From positions 42,286,001-42,350,000 of the forward strand of contig NC_087437.1 of the NCBI RefSeq assembly GCF_036321535.1: DNA of 64,000 nucleotides, read 5' to 3'. The notes below the pieces were generated by a model. That model was given only the letters and a program-made list of their open reading frames with translations. It was not told where the DNA came from and did no database searches. This document shows, one piece after another, positions 22,775 to 34,891 of this stretch. The translations under genes and the position numbers were made by a program. Source of the DNA: Camelus dromedarius. Its lineage: Eukaryota. Numbering within the stretch: position 1 is the first letter of the stretch; every line of letters starts with the position of its first letter.

Positions 22775-22960
22775 ATTGAAGACTACTTTGTGCCTGGCAC
22801 TGTGTTAAGTGCTTTTTATACATTCTGTCATTTAACTCTTGTGTTGCAATTATGAGCTGTGTGTTCATTGACTTTATGTATAAGAAAGTTGGAATCAGAA
22901 AAGTTAAGTGATGATCCTAACATGACAAGTGGCTGAGTTAAGATTTGAACACACCCAAAT
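22775..22960 (-). mobile_element. MIR SINE
   Basis: CTACTTTGTGCCTGGCACTGTGTTAAGTGCTTT ... AAGTGGCTGAGTTAAGATTTGAAC. Confidence 0.7.
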
Positions 22961-23079
22961 CACCCCCTGTGCTATAAAGAGGATCCTTTGGTCTGAGGTG
23001 ATGTTATATGGGGTTCCATGTTGGTAGATTAGCCCTTGAGTGGTGTGATTGATCATAGGCAAAAAAGGCAAAGCCTCAC

Positions 23080-24190
23080 CCAGTCGTGAAGAAACATTCT
23101 AGGGTAGAAGGGATCTGACATAATCAAATTGCCACCAAGTGGCTGGTGGGCCACTTCAAGGAATGGTGCCATGTTGGGGCTCAGCATTCACCCCTGTGCT
23201 GACAAGGTGGATAGTCAGCAGTGGTCAGTCTGAACAAAGAGAGGCCGTGCGGTTGAGTGCTGTGTATGACTCCCACTGCCATCATGGCGACTCCATTCAC
23301 GAGCCCATTGCACAGCCCTGGGGTGGCTGAGGCTGTTGCTGGCCGACATTAACTGGCTGAGTCATCCTGTCTACTTGTTTGTTTAGTGCCTCTTCTGCGA
23401 TGGATGCTTTCTGGTGGACATTAACACATGGCACAAAAAGCTTCATCCTCCCACAGATCCATCCACGTGCTTCTTCTCTGGATTTATTTATACTTGACTT
23501 TACATTCTTGTTTCTTCCAGGTTCCTAACAACAGGCTAAGCCATTTGATACTTCCAGTCAGTCTGTGTATATGACTTTTTTATGTTTTTTAAATGTACGT
23601 TTTGAGTTGAAGTATAGTCAGTTTACAATGTTGTGTTAATTTCTGACATACAACATAATGTTTCAATCATACATATAAATACATGTATTTCTTTTCATAT
23701 TCTTTTTCATTATAGGTTACTACAAGATACTGAATATAGTTCCCTGTGCTATACAGTATAAACGTGCTTTTTATCTGTTTTATATATAGTAGTTACTATC
23801 TGCAAATCTGGAACTCCCAATTTATCCTCTTCCCACTGGCAACCGTAAGTTTGTTTTCTATGAACACTGGGGTGTATGTATCTTTTTGAATTTGAGTTCC
23901 CTCTGGATATATGCCCAGGAGTGGGATTGCTGGGTCATATGGTAAGTCTATTTTTTGTTTTTTGAGGAATCTCCATACTGTTTTCTATAATGGCTGCACC
24001 AAACTACATTCCCACCAATAGTCGTGTATAATCTTAATTCACGTCACCTTTCTCTTCACACAAAGTTTGTGACCAGGTGCAATGGTCTTGGATCTCTGCC
24101 CATCAGGATGATGTTCCCTCTCCAGTCTCTAATACTTTGATGATCCAGCCACCACTTCCTTGTGTATCTTTTTAATACTGTGTTAACTCA
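23080..24190 (-). pseudogene. decayed ERVL/class III retroviral pol fragment (RNase H into integrase), split by an L1 at ~23575-24022
   Basis: Minus-strand translation by hand: LFVPCVNVHQKASIAEEALNKQVDRMTQPV, then QWAREWSRHDG, then MLSPQHGTIP*SGPPATWWQFDYV; YTD at the L1 junction and a WAE RNase H-like motif beyond it. Confidence 0.85.
23575..24022 (-). mobile_element. L1 3' fragment with an internal deletion
   Basis: TTGAAGTATAGTCAGTTTACAATGTTGTG...AAGTTTGTTTTCTATG joined to AACACTGGGGTGTATG...CCCAGGAGTGGGATTGCTGGG; GTGTATA on both flanks. Confidence 0.9.
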
Positions 24191-24249
24191 GACAATATTA
24201 TTTTACAAAAGCAAAAGCTGTGGTCTGTGTTTCATCATCATCATCACTG

Positions 24250-24765
24250 TTCACAAAGGACAGTTGACATTTTGGCTGCCCACTATCCAAACACCCTTCT
24301 TATTTGAGGGGACTGTCAACAGTGAGAGGTCAGGCTTCAACTTCTGCTACAGAAGCCAGGGAAGGTGGACATGACACTTCTCCTTGTCCTGCCAGCCAGA
24401 GTGGCTAAGCAGATGCCTCTACCAGCTCTTGACTCTCAAGGTAGGATCAGGCAGCTATTAGTCTCTGTGGCTGCAGCCATGGGGTCTAGATTCCTGCACC
24501 TACAGGTGGAAAAGTTCTGCAGCGCAGCAACGCTGAGATCAGAGCTGGCCAGCAGTGTGTATCCATAGCAACAACAGTAGAGATGGGGTCCTAAGAGGCA
24601 GTTCCTGTGAAAAGGTCCTGGTTGTGTTTGTTTTTGCTGGGATCTGGATCTCTGGCCTTCTGTCCAATTCCATCAGTGACACAAGACTCTTTCAATGATT
24701 TCCTTTTCTTACTAAGTTATCCAGAATTGGTTTTTAGTTTTGCAACCAAGAACCAGGACTAACAC
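24250..24765 (+). mobile_element. ERVL LTR (LTR33/LTR16-like)
   Basis: GACATTTTGGCTGCCCACTATCC ... TTCCTTTTCTTACTAAGTTATCCAGAATTGGTTT...TTGCAACCAAGAACC. Confidence 0.6.
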
Positions 24766-25329
24766 CCACTCCTTTGTTAGTTAGCATCAATGAAGCAACT
24801 GGTAAGGTAGGTAGTGCTAGGTAACAGACCCTGAAAGATATAAACTGTGACCCCTAGAAAGAAAAATACCAGGCCAAGATAGTGTAAGGAACTGAGTCCA
24901 TGTGACAGGCATTCATATAACCTGGCCAGGCAGGGAGGGGCCTCATTAAAGGGAAGAGACTTGAATATGTTCAAGGTAGCCGATATCTTGTTATTGAAGT
25001 TACATAAAAACCCTGGCACCATATGTGCCCCCATTATCTTTTGTTTGTGGACTCCAGGGACTGAAGTCCACCCAATGTGAGCTGCCAGCTCTCATTTCAT
25101 TTCAGTTCCCGTGCCTTTCTTCCTCATACCATGAAACAGTTTGAAAAGAAGGAATAGTCATATCTGTGTTGTCACATTTAGCAGTCCAACCAAACTTCAT
25201 GTTTTCTTCTTTCCCAGAATAATATTTTCTTTAAAAAGATACTTACTCCCCAACCACTCTGTAATCAATATGTCCTTCTCCCTTCTTTCTTCCTCCCTCC
25301 CTCCCTTCTTTTCTTTCTTCCCTTTTTCT

Positions 25330-25960
25330 TTCACAATCTTTATGAAACTTTCATAAAAGTTAATGTATATTCTTTTTAAACAAATTAGAACAGGCAGAAA
25401 ATGTAATAATAGAAAGCGATAATCATCAATAATTGCCATAGGTCTTTTGTTTTTGTTTCTTTGGTATATTTTCTTCAAGATTTTTTCCTGTTCATTTAAG
25501 TATATAGTAACAAAATTATGGTAAGAATGAACAATGTAGGAAAAGATTTACGTATATATAGTATATATAATATATTTTGCTTTACTCCCTGAATATTTTT
25601 ATTTTCCATTTTATAAAACTACTTGAAGGGATCATTTTATTACATAATATTCTCTAATGTGATTTAATTTGTATCCATTTTTCTAACAACATTTATTGCT
25701 TCCAAATACTACAACCAAAAGAATATTGTGACCATTCATCTTTTCACAAATCTGTCTCCACATATCAAACTGCCCAGTAGCAGAATTACTGGGTTAAGAG
25801 ATATTAAAATGTGAAGTTTATTAAAGCATATTGTCTGCTTATTTTCTTAAAGGTTAGACTAATTCACACTCTCACCAGCATTTGCTTAAGAGTACCAATC
25901 TCAGTGTTGTAGTTTTTGAAAACCTTTACTGACTTGATAATTATCATCTTAATGTTGTTT
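25330..25960 (-). mobile_element. very old L1 (L1ME-like) remnant
   Basis: CCCAGTAGCAGAATTACTGGGTTAAGAG, AATTCACACTCTCACCAGCA; AT-rich. Confidence 0.5.
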
Positions 25961-26934
25961 TAACAAACTTTAAGATATAAATTCTGTTTCTGCTTTGATG
26001 ATCAGAGCTGTCACTCATCTGTTATTTCAGATTTACAAATGCACAGCTTATTGGGGGAGAGGCACCGATGATTTTAAAAACATTTTTTTATCAGAAAAAT
26101 ATCTAGGATGATTTAGCCTATTCTAGGAAAGAAGAAAGACTACGTTGACTAATTCCTTTATATGACTGGGTAGCTTCATGTGCATATTATCTAGTTTCTG
26201 TGTAAGTAAATTATACAGATATATTTTCTTTCAGGTTGTAAAGTGTTTGTTGCAGGATTCTCTTTCAAACTGAGGTTTTAAATTAAGTTTTCTTTCAAAC
26301 TCAGTTTAACCTTAGCCCAAAGATCATAACAGTCTTCTCTTGTCTCCAAAAAGCAATATCCCCCAAAGCAATTGAAAGCTATAAAACTTGCAATTACTAG
26401 ATAAGGTTCACTGGCAAAGAAGTTTGGGGCTGCTAAGTTATGCGACTGGTGTAGAAAAGGATTCAGAAAATCCGTAAGTGGCAACTGAAGTACCAGTACC
26501 CCAAACAACATGTGGAAGAGAAATTGCTTTTGATTTTCTTTCTTTACAGAGATGCTGATTCTAAATTATCTGGCTGTCCACATAGTAAGAATACTTTTCT
26601 TTTAAACATCTTTCAAATCAAGTGCAAGCATGTCCCTTAAGTCTATTACTATAATTTCCAAAATGCTATGAGATTTTAAAGCAAGAATCTTTCAGACACA
26701 AGTTTTACCACCCAAGATTTTGATCCATTTTATGGCTGGTTCATACTTCAAAATTTTTTTTTCTGGACATGTAAAAATATTGTTTCATAATATTTAAACT
26801 AGAAGACTATGCTGGGGAGGTAACCAACAGTCATAAGATTTCATGGTATTAGTATAAGGATTAGCTAAACATAATTGAGGTTTTTTTTTTTTTAATGCAG
26901 TGAGAATGCCAAAGAAATTGTAAATCAGCATTAT

Positions 26935-27450
26935 CTGGAGGGAATGTTGGCAACGCATTTCAAAGGCCATAAAAATGTGCGTCCTTCTTTTTTATCTGAA
27001 GGAAACAACCATGATTTTGCAAAGAGATTTGTCTGCAAAATGTTCATCACATCATTATTTACAAAATAAAAAACTGGAAATAACCTAAGAATCCAGGAAG
27101 AGGAAAATAGTTTGAAACACATAAAGTTGATGATATTCAACTATTTTGACCACAGAAATGGCAATTTTTTATTATTCAACATTAATGTATATTAAGATAT
27201 GTTAGATCTGATTTTAGATCAGATACATCAATAAAGAATCATGTAGTAAAAGAACACTTAATGATGTGAAAAACATCACAAAAAAAATCATAACAAAACA
27301 GTGAGTGGGACATGTCCTTTTAGTGACTGGATAGACGTACACTTATGAATTAACATGATTAACATGTATTATCTCCGGCCGTGGAACTATGGATTATTTC
27401 ATATTCATCTCTGTGGCTTTGTTTTCCAAACAGCTATAGCAATTATGTAT
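26935..27450 (+). mobile_element. very old L1 (L1ME-like) 3' remnant
   Basis: CTGGAGGGAATGTTGGCAA, AAATGTTCATCACATCATTATTTACAA...AACTGGAAATAACCTAA. Confidence 0.55.
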
Positions 27451-28479
27451 TATTTTTGCAGTCATGAACATACACTGAATAACACACACGCACAACTCAG
27501 TACAACGTATGGCAGTATGTTTCTGCACCACCGTGGCTCGGCAGAGAAAGCGCTGTCCTTCCCCTCACAGCTTTCCGTAACTCTTATCGTGGGTCCCTTT
27601 TTGTTTGCAACTAGGCAGATCATCACGGATGTAAAACAATTTACTGTCCACCTTCAAATCAAGATTGCCTTTCAGTTGAGACAGTTAATTTGAAGAGGGG
27701 AGATGTGACTTCAGAAAAAAACATTCCCTGTGCTTCCAAGATGGATGAAATATCTTTAAGAGGAAAAGCTTTCAAAAGGAGATCCTTCTTTCCTGGGAGG
27801 TAAAATTCTCATTAGGTTGGAGGAACGGTGTGGAGCTTGTGTACAAGGGCTGAGCAGTTAAGGCCAACATGAGAGCAGTACCTGGCACAGGGCAGTGACG
27901 GCTGAAAAAAGAGGAGGCTGGTGCCACTGCAGACCTACTCTGGTTCACAAAGGAGCAATAGAAAAAAGGAGAAGGTAAAAAGAACAAAGCAGTGGGTTTC
28001 TAACACCTCTTCATGCTGGGATACGAGTGGTGAATTAGAGAATGTTCTTGGTGTTCCCCTGAGTACTTATGTTCAGATCCAGTTGTTGAGAAAGCTATTT
28101 GGACTAAATTCCATAATCCACTGGAGAAGTAAAAACATGTCAAAACATTAGAGTAAATGATTACAAATATGAATAAGTTCAGACTTGTTTTGATGCATGT
28201 GACTTCTCAAAGGATGAATTTAGTCACTTCATAATTTGGCAATTTACTTCATTTGGCAAGACTGAAACAAGATTGTTCTTTGCCAGGGCCCTCCAGATAA
28301 ACTGCTGGATCCACCCAGGACTTCAGAATTCCTATTTTAATAGGAAATGAGTTCTTTCCTATGATTTTGTAAAACAAGGAATTGAGAAAAACATAAGTGA
28401 TTTACTAAATAACTCACGTGGGTAGATATTATAACATAAGTGAGTGTCACTTTACTGATTTCTGTCCTCAATGACTAGT

Positions 28480-28720
28480 AATAGCATTAACTCCACAGCC
28501 AGGCTGCCTGGGTTTGAATACCAGCATGGACATTCACTGGCTGTGTGACCCTAGTTAAGTTACCTAACCTCTCTGTGTCTCAGTTGCTCTATCTATAAAA
28601 TGGGGTAGTTATAATAAATAACTCCCTTGTTGGATTTTTGTGAAAATGAAACGGGTTGAAATGTGTAAAGCACTGTAGTAAAGAAATGTACAAAGCATTA
28701 AATGAGTTGAAATGCGTAAA
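28480..28720 (+). mobile_element. MIR SINE
   Basis: CTGCCTGGGTTTGAATACCAGC...GCTGTGTGACCCTAGTTAAGTTACCTAACCTCTCTGTGTCTCAGTT...ATCTATAAAATGGGG. Confidence 0.85.
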
Positions 28721-29489
28721 GGACTCAGTAAACAAAAGGGAAGTGTTGGCTCTCGGTGTCTCAGTAGTCCTTTGTCTTCTACATCAGCAGTCATTAATTT
28801 GGGTTTGGTTTTTTTTCTCATCACAGTGAGAAATACAATATACTCTTATCAGTAATGGTGATATATTATGGCAGTGAATTTTAAAGGGAGGGTTTAAAAC
28901 TTCCCCCAGGGGTTAGGGGACTGGATGTTAGACTCTCTGGTGGGGTCCCTCTGCTTTTAAAAACCCTCCAGATGATTTTGATATCCACCCATTTCCATGA
29001 GGATGAGAGGGTAGAACAGCCCATCCACAGGCACTGTTCTGCATCATACTCTCCTCATCCACACAACCTATTTCTCTGATGACTTACTGGTCCTCTACAG
29101 ACTAGTTCTCAGCTACACCCTCCACCCCCAACACACACTATTTCAGATCATTGTTGTCACAGGTTTAATCCTGTTTTTACAAAACCTTGGTGGTGGTGTT
29201 TAGACCACCCCGTTTGGGGCGTTCTTTTTGCGTCTGTACTCTTGGTGCACTAGCCAATCCACTCTTTATCTGTCACAGAGCCACCTCCCTCATGAGCCAA
29301 CAGCCATGCCTGCTCCTTACCAGGTCGACATGGATCAGCCCTGTGATTCAGGGCAGGAAGAGTCAATCTCTGGGGATGTGTTTAAAACACAGTCTTTTCC
29401 TTTTGCCATGGGAGAACCCCCAAAGGCCATCTCTCTGCAGTACTCTGTCTTCCACTTCAGCATTTCGCAGATTAGAGGACTGCCTTCCC

Positions 29490-29749
29490 CTCGGGCCACA
29501 GCAGGACTACACTCTGACTCTCCCTGACCTTAGGCACTTTGGCTTTTTTGGCCCCTCCCTCCGTAAAAAAGATTAAGTTACATATTGCAAAGAATATATC
29601 AAGATTATATGTTAAAACCTAAACCTAACCTAAAAGTTTAGGTTTTTTTCCCCCTGATTTTGAAAGAATTAAACCATTTCCATGGGCCCCTAAAAGCACC
29701 GTGAGCCTGAGTTATCGTGCTCCTCGTGCCTACTGACAAGTCGGCCCTG
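29490..29749. mobile_element. hAT-Tip100 element (MER45-like)
   Basis: CATGGGCCCCTAAAAGCAC...GTGCCTACTGACAAGTCGGCCCTG terminus. Confidence 0.6.
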
Positions 29750-30689
29750 GTCATATGTGTGCCCGGGGCCCAGCACAGTAGAGCTTTGTCATTGTTCCCG
29801 GCTATGTACTAGTGGTTGCACTAACTCCAAGGCAAAACCTAGAAGGGGCAACTCAATACTAGAGATTTGGTGTGTTAGTATGCTAGACCTGGGTAGCAGA
29901 CATTGCTGCCTTTTATCCTGAAGGCATGATAGTTATCAGTGTCTATGATGTGTAACTACAAATGCTGGTACCTTATGCTAAATAAATATGGGTTGTTAGC
30001 TGAATTGCATGGAATGAAACTTAAAAGGGAGAAACTACTCAGGTAAACTGACCAGGTCCTACCCAGTGTCTGGATACTATCATAAGAATACCATACCTAT
30101 GAGGTCTCAGGTTTTTGTCTTTCAACTATCCTTGTCTCTGTCTCTTTATATGCACAAGTGCAGCTCATTATATGTTGCCTCGGGAGCACTGACTTTTATA
30201 ATATTATTTATCTCAGAAATAAGTTTTTTTTTTTTAAAGTTTGTATGTCCATACTGATGTAGCATATTTATTTGCATATTAACGTTTATATGGTCCCATG
30301 TTTTGAGTGCTATGGTATAGTCTTAGGAAATAAAAGCAAGAGTTACAGATGTTTACTACAGTCTTAGCCAATGAGCCTTAGCTCAAAACACAAGGACTTC
30401 TGGCCAGTGAGTACTTTGGCATGATTTTCCAAACTCTGTGATCTCTGTAACACATGTAGTTCACTCCACCATAACTTGTATTTCTGTAATTTATTTGGTA
30501 TTTAGTAAAATACTTAAAACCGTTACTGGTTAACTAAAGTTGTGTAAGTAAGAGTGCTGAAAATGATGCAAAGAATTAAAGAAAAGGTACTACAATGAAT
30601 ATTAAAATGCTTGTTTTAAGGGACCTGGAAGCTCCTAAAAGAGGTGTTCAAAGTGACCTAGGTAGAGATCAACAGCTAATTTGAGACTG

Positions 30690-30950
30690 ATATAGATGTT
30701 TAAAAGATAATAAAAGGACACTGTGAAAGATTTTATGCCAATAGATGTGAAAATTTAGATGAAATAGATAAACTTTTAAAAACAAATCATATACCAAACT
30801 GGCTGAAAAAGACTGAAAATTACCCACTTGGGTTGGCAGTTAGGCCGTTAGTGACTTTGACAAGATCAGTTTCAAAGCAACACTGATAGGAAATAGAGGC
30901 GGGAAGAATACACAATTCTATTGAGGAGTTTTGCTGTAAAGGGGAGCAGA
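30690..30950. mobile_element. small L1 ORF2 piece (+) adjoining an L2 piece (-)
   Basis: TTTTATGCCAATAGATGTGAAAATTTAGATGAAATAGA (L1); GTTAGTGACTTTGACAAGA...GAGGAGTTTTGCTGTAAAGGGGAGCAGA (L2). Confidence 0.6.
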
Positions 30951-31354
30951 TTTAAATCTGCTGCATATCTAATCTTATACACACACTCATACAAACACAC
31001 ACACACATACACAGCTTCCTTCACCACTTGTTAACTGTTAACTTCTGGATAGGACACTGAATTCTTTTCATGTTATTCCATCTGGGTAGATCACAACACT
31101 TACAGATGTTCAGATAACATCACATGGGATTATGCATCTCTCTGAAGGTTCTGCCTGCCTCTACATTCAAGGTACTGAAGTTACTCTAATGTGCCAAGTT
31201 ATTTCATTTCTCTCTTAAATTTCTAATTGGAGGTTTTAAGAGTTCTCACTTTCCCACCCTTAGTTACTATGTCATCTCTTGTACAGCACTATACTCAGTC
31301 TTTCAGTCTTTAGGTTTTTTGCCTTGAAATCTGTTTACATAATTCAGTTAGACT

Positions 31355-31565
31355 GGCAGTTTCTAAAGCAGTTTCTAAGGAACACCATTCCCATGGGCCA
31401 CACTATCAAAAAGGCTTCCTTGGTCAGCTAAGTTTAGGAAATGCTGCATGCTAGATCCACCACCATCCTCCCCATCACCCTCTTTGGAAATTTACAGTGC
31501 ACATAGTATTTCAAAGGATTTAAGAAGCTTCAAACCCACTGAGTTTTATTTAACACAGCTTTTTA
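31355..31565. mobile_element. hAT-Charlie MITE (MER103-like)
   Basis: AAGGAACACCATTCCCATGG...TAAGTTTAGGAAATGCTGCAT...TTACAGTGCACATAGTAT...TTTATTTAACACAGC. Confidence 0.5.
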
Positions 31566-33082
31566 CAATAGAAGTACTTATAACTGGGTCTGAAAATATG
31601 TTATGATATCTGCACTTTAAAATAACTTCAGCATAGACTCAGCCCGTGGCCCTAAAAGAACACGCACAGTTCAGGCCGGCAGCCAACATTCTAAACACCA
31701 GAAGTGGCTACATCAAATGCTTCTGTGTACCTTTAAACAATACCCTACAGTTTGTTCATTGGCATAGTAAACATTAGAAATGTTTTTTATTGCTGAAAAT
31801 AATGGCTATTTAACCTGCTTGAAAAATGATAGAAATGAGTTCTTACTGGTGAAATTAAAGGTTTTTAGGATATGTGAATTGGCTAAAATCTGATACTTAC
31901 TTTTACTACAAACTGGTAGCAAGGCTGTGTAGAGTCGATGACCCTCACCCACCTCAACTTTTTCCAGTGAGTACCATTGTCTACTGAAAAAACCAAGAGA
32001 GTCAGACATTCCCAAAGTTTGTTTGCAAAAAAAATATTATTTTTTAAAAAACAGGAATTGTGGATTGGAAAGTATGAGATACACAAGTGAAGGGTAACAT
32101 TTGAGGTAAAATTTCCAAATGAAGTAAAGATAAAAGCATGACTTCCCGTGAGTCTACAGATGATTATGTATTTGTTCTGTTGATTGCATTAACCTCAGGC
32201 AAGGGAGAATGGCTAGAGGAAATAAACCTGTTGAGAACTTGTCCAGTATACTTCCCTGGAAATTAGTCAGTGATCTCTACGACCCCTACGTATCCTCTCA
32301 GCTCTACTTGGGACAGAACTGTAAAGAAGAAAATAGTGCCCTTGCCATGTTGATGCATCTATAATTCACAGAGCCCAGGGGATCTAAGCAAAAAGGTGAA
32401 AACTTCCAACTGCTCTACATTCTAATGGGTGTTGCAAATGGACTTAAGCATATTGGTTATTTATAGAAATCAGATTCTTTTGGGGAGCCTCCAATATTTA
32501 GAAAGAGTTAAGGGCTAGAACTCTTCTCTTCTGATAACCTGGCTTCCAGGTAACAATGAAGTCAAATATCAGTTAGCACTCCGCTGCACAAACACACACT
32601 TATCAGCAACGGTCACGTCACCTACCCTTGTGAGCTTGATGAAGTCCAAATTCCATTCTATCCTGTGTCCAACACGTATCTTTCATAGACAGCTCACTTC
32701 AGGTTAAAGGAATAAATTCTAGCAGCAGAATTCAACATAACTTCCTAATTAGGTCAATTAACAGTAATCCTTGGAGGAAGTCTGCTTACAAGGAAGATGT
32801 TGGAGTCTTAAATCTAAGGGGCCATTACAAAGGGTGTGGACTGCTCGCCTCACTAAATACATAACCCTTGTTCATGCTGGCACAGAAATGCAGGTATAAA
32901 ACCCCATCTAGACCACCGAAGAAAAATTTAAGTCTACAAGTTAATTAGGGTAATTAACCAGGCCTCTTTTGTTGATCTAAAAAAGAGCTAGCAGAAGCAC
33001 TTGTAGTTTTTTTTTAAGTTACTATAAATCCCAAGATTGTATTCTCAATTCAGATTGAGTATAGATTTAAATTAACATAAAT

Positions 33083-33950
33083 TTCTATTCTGACCAAGAT
33101 GGGGTAACTGGTACTGGACCAGTCTTCCCACCATTAAACAGCTGGATGTATGTATGTATGCAATGACTTTTCAGATGTTGAACAACAGGCAGCTGTAGTG
33201 ATCCCTGAAAGAAAGGGAACAAACCAGGTGGACCTGGTGATCACCTGGTTTTCTACCTGTAGGCACTTTTGAGACCACGGCACAAGGAGGGGGAACCCAG
33301 GCAAGCACAGTATAGCCATCTTGCTGAGCTGAGTACCAGAGAAAAGGGAGCTGCACAGAGGAACCTACAGAGTGGTTCTTTGGTCTGTGTGCTTATCGGC
33401 TCATCCCTTGTATGAAACTTCATGAGGCTAGACAAAAAAGAACTACTGAGGAAAGAAAAACCACCAGGGAACTGTGAGCTGAACAGCTATTAGAGTTTAC
33501 AGAGGGCTGGAAGAGGTTTCCATTCTAACTACCCAGCAAGGAGGGACATCTGTACCCTCTAGGCATGCAGTGGAGACTCTAAAAAGGCAATGCCATAGAA
33601 ATAGGGCTAATCTAGCCCTAAAGCAAGTGCATCTCAGGATCCTCCATAACAAGGCTTAGAAACAGTCTAAAAAATGTTCAGGCTGATCAGCAGAAATACT
33701 AAACTGCCCACCAGAACAAAAAAACTCTTCAAAGGAAAAAAACAAAATCCACCCATTCAACAATATAGCACTGACAATATCTAACATACAATAAAAGATT
33801 TACTAGAATGCAAAGAAGAAAAACGTACGCCACAAGGAGGAGAGAAATCTCAAAGTATCCAGAAATAATAGTGATAATGAAATTAATAGATGAGGACTTC
33901 CAAATATTTATTATAAACATGCTTGAGAATTAAAAACTCATAAGAAAAAT
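33083..33950 (+). mobile_element. old L1M 5' region (5'UTR into ORF1 start)
   Basis: TTCTATTCTGACCAAGATGGGGTAACTGGTACTGGA start; CAATAAAAGATTTACTAGAATGCAAAGAAG resembles an L1M ORF1 lead-in. Confidence 0.6.
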
Positions 33951-33984
33951 AGTAAGCCCTAAACATTATACCAAAATGCATTGG

Positions 33985-34131
33985 GGGAGGGTGGGTGGAG
34001 AGGATGTAGCTTAGTGGTAGAACATGTGCTTAGCATGCACCAGGTTCTGGGTTCAATCCCCAGCACCTCCATTAAAATAAATAAACCTAATTGCCACCCC
34101 CCAAAATAAAAACAAAAGACCAAAACAAACA
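33985..34131 (+). mobile_element. tRNA-derived SINE (Vic-1-like)
   Basis: GTAGCTTAGTGGTAGAA...GGTTCTGGGTTCAATCCCCAGCACCTCC, A-rich tail; 15-bp TSD ACCAAAATGCATTGG (33970) / ACCAAAATGCAATGG (34132). Confidence 0.92.
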
Positions 34132-34817
34132 ACCAAAATGCAATGGCATTATCTATTGGAGAATGTAAAACAAGTGCACTTAGAAATAATGTTTGTATAG
34201 TCTAGGTAGCTGTCTGAATCCAATCTTATGTATCATATTTATCTAACTTTCTCTCTTTACTTCATTACCTAACAAAATTATGAGGTTTTAATGTTTCATC
34301 AGGGGTAGAATGATTACATTTCTGGGTTTGGTAAGATATTGCTTGAATTATGTGTCATGGAAAACATCCAGAAAGAGACTGCTGATCAATCTGATTTGGG
34401 AACTTTGGTTCCTTTCATCTTGGAAAGAGCATTATCTTGGGAAATGTGAGTAGAGAGTAGCACAAACCCAGGATGCGTGTGGGGTCATAGCTGCCGCTGG
34501 ACAGTCATTGGTTACATGCCTGTGATGTGTAGGGCACGGGGCTAGGCACTGATGGCCACAGGGACATATATAGGCATTGAAATATAAACCTAAATATTCA
34601 TAATTAAAACTTGAGTAAAAGAAGTGCTTTAGTACAGAGGCAATGTTGTAGAAGTGCAACAATTAATTTCAGTTGGAGTGATGGGGTGAGATTCAGAAGG
34701 AGGGCATGTGAAAGGAGAGAAGTGTTCAGAATTTTTCCCACCTGGATGCTGTATAGTCTTAGGTCTTTTGCTCTGTGGTCCCCCTCTACACTTTCTCTAC
34801 TCCTAACTCTGGTTCTA

Positions 34818-34891
34818 GGAGTCTTTCATTCTGAGAACTCCTAATTTGCTTCTCGGAGTCTTTCATTCTGAGAACTCCTAATTTGCTTCTC
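34818..34891. repeat. perfect 37-bp tandem duplication
   Basis: GGAGTCTTTCATTCTGAGAACTCCTAATTTGCTTCTC at 34818-34854 and 34855-34891. Confidence 0.95.

Noticed and set aside
26225..26280. Possible small exon (TTTTCTTTCAG|GTTG...CTGAG|GTTTTA)
   Set aside because: Weak donor site, no recognisable coding frame and no partner exons.
29617..29633. Other telomere-like words (ACCTAAACCTAACCTAA here; TAACCCTAA at ~20931 and ~44910)
   Set aside because: Too short or degenerate; expected by chance in AT-rich DNA.
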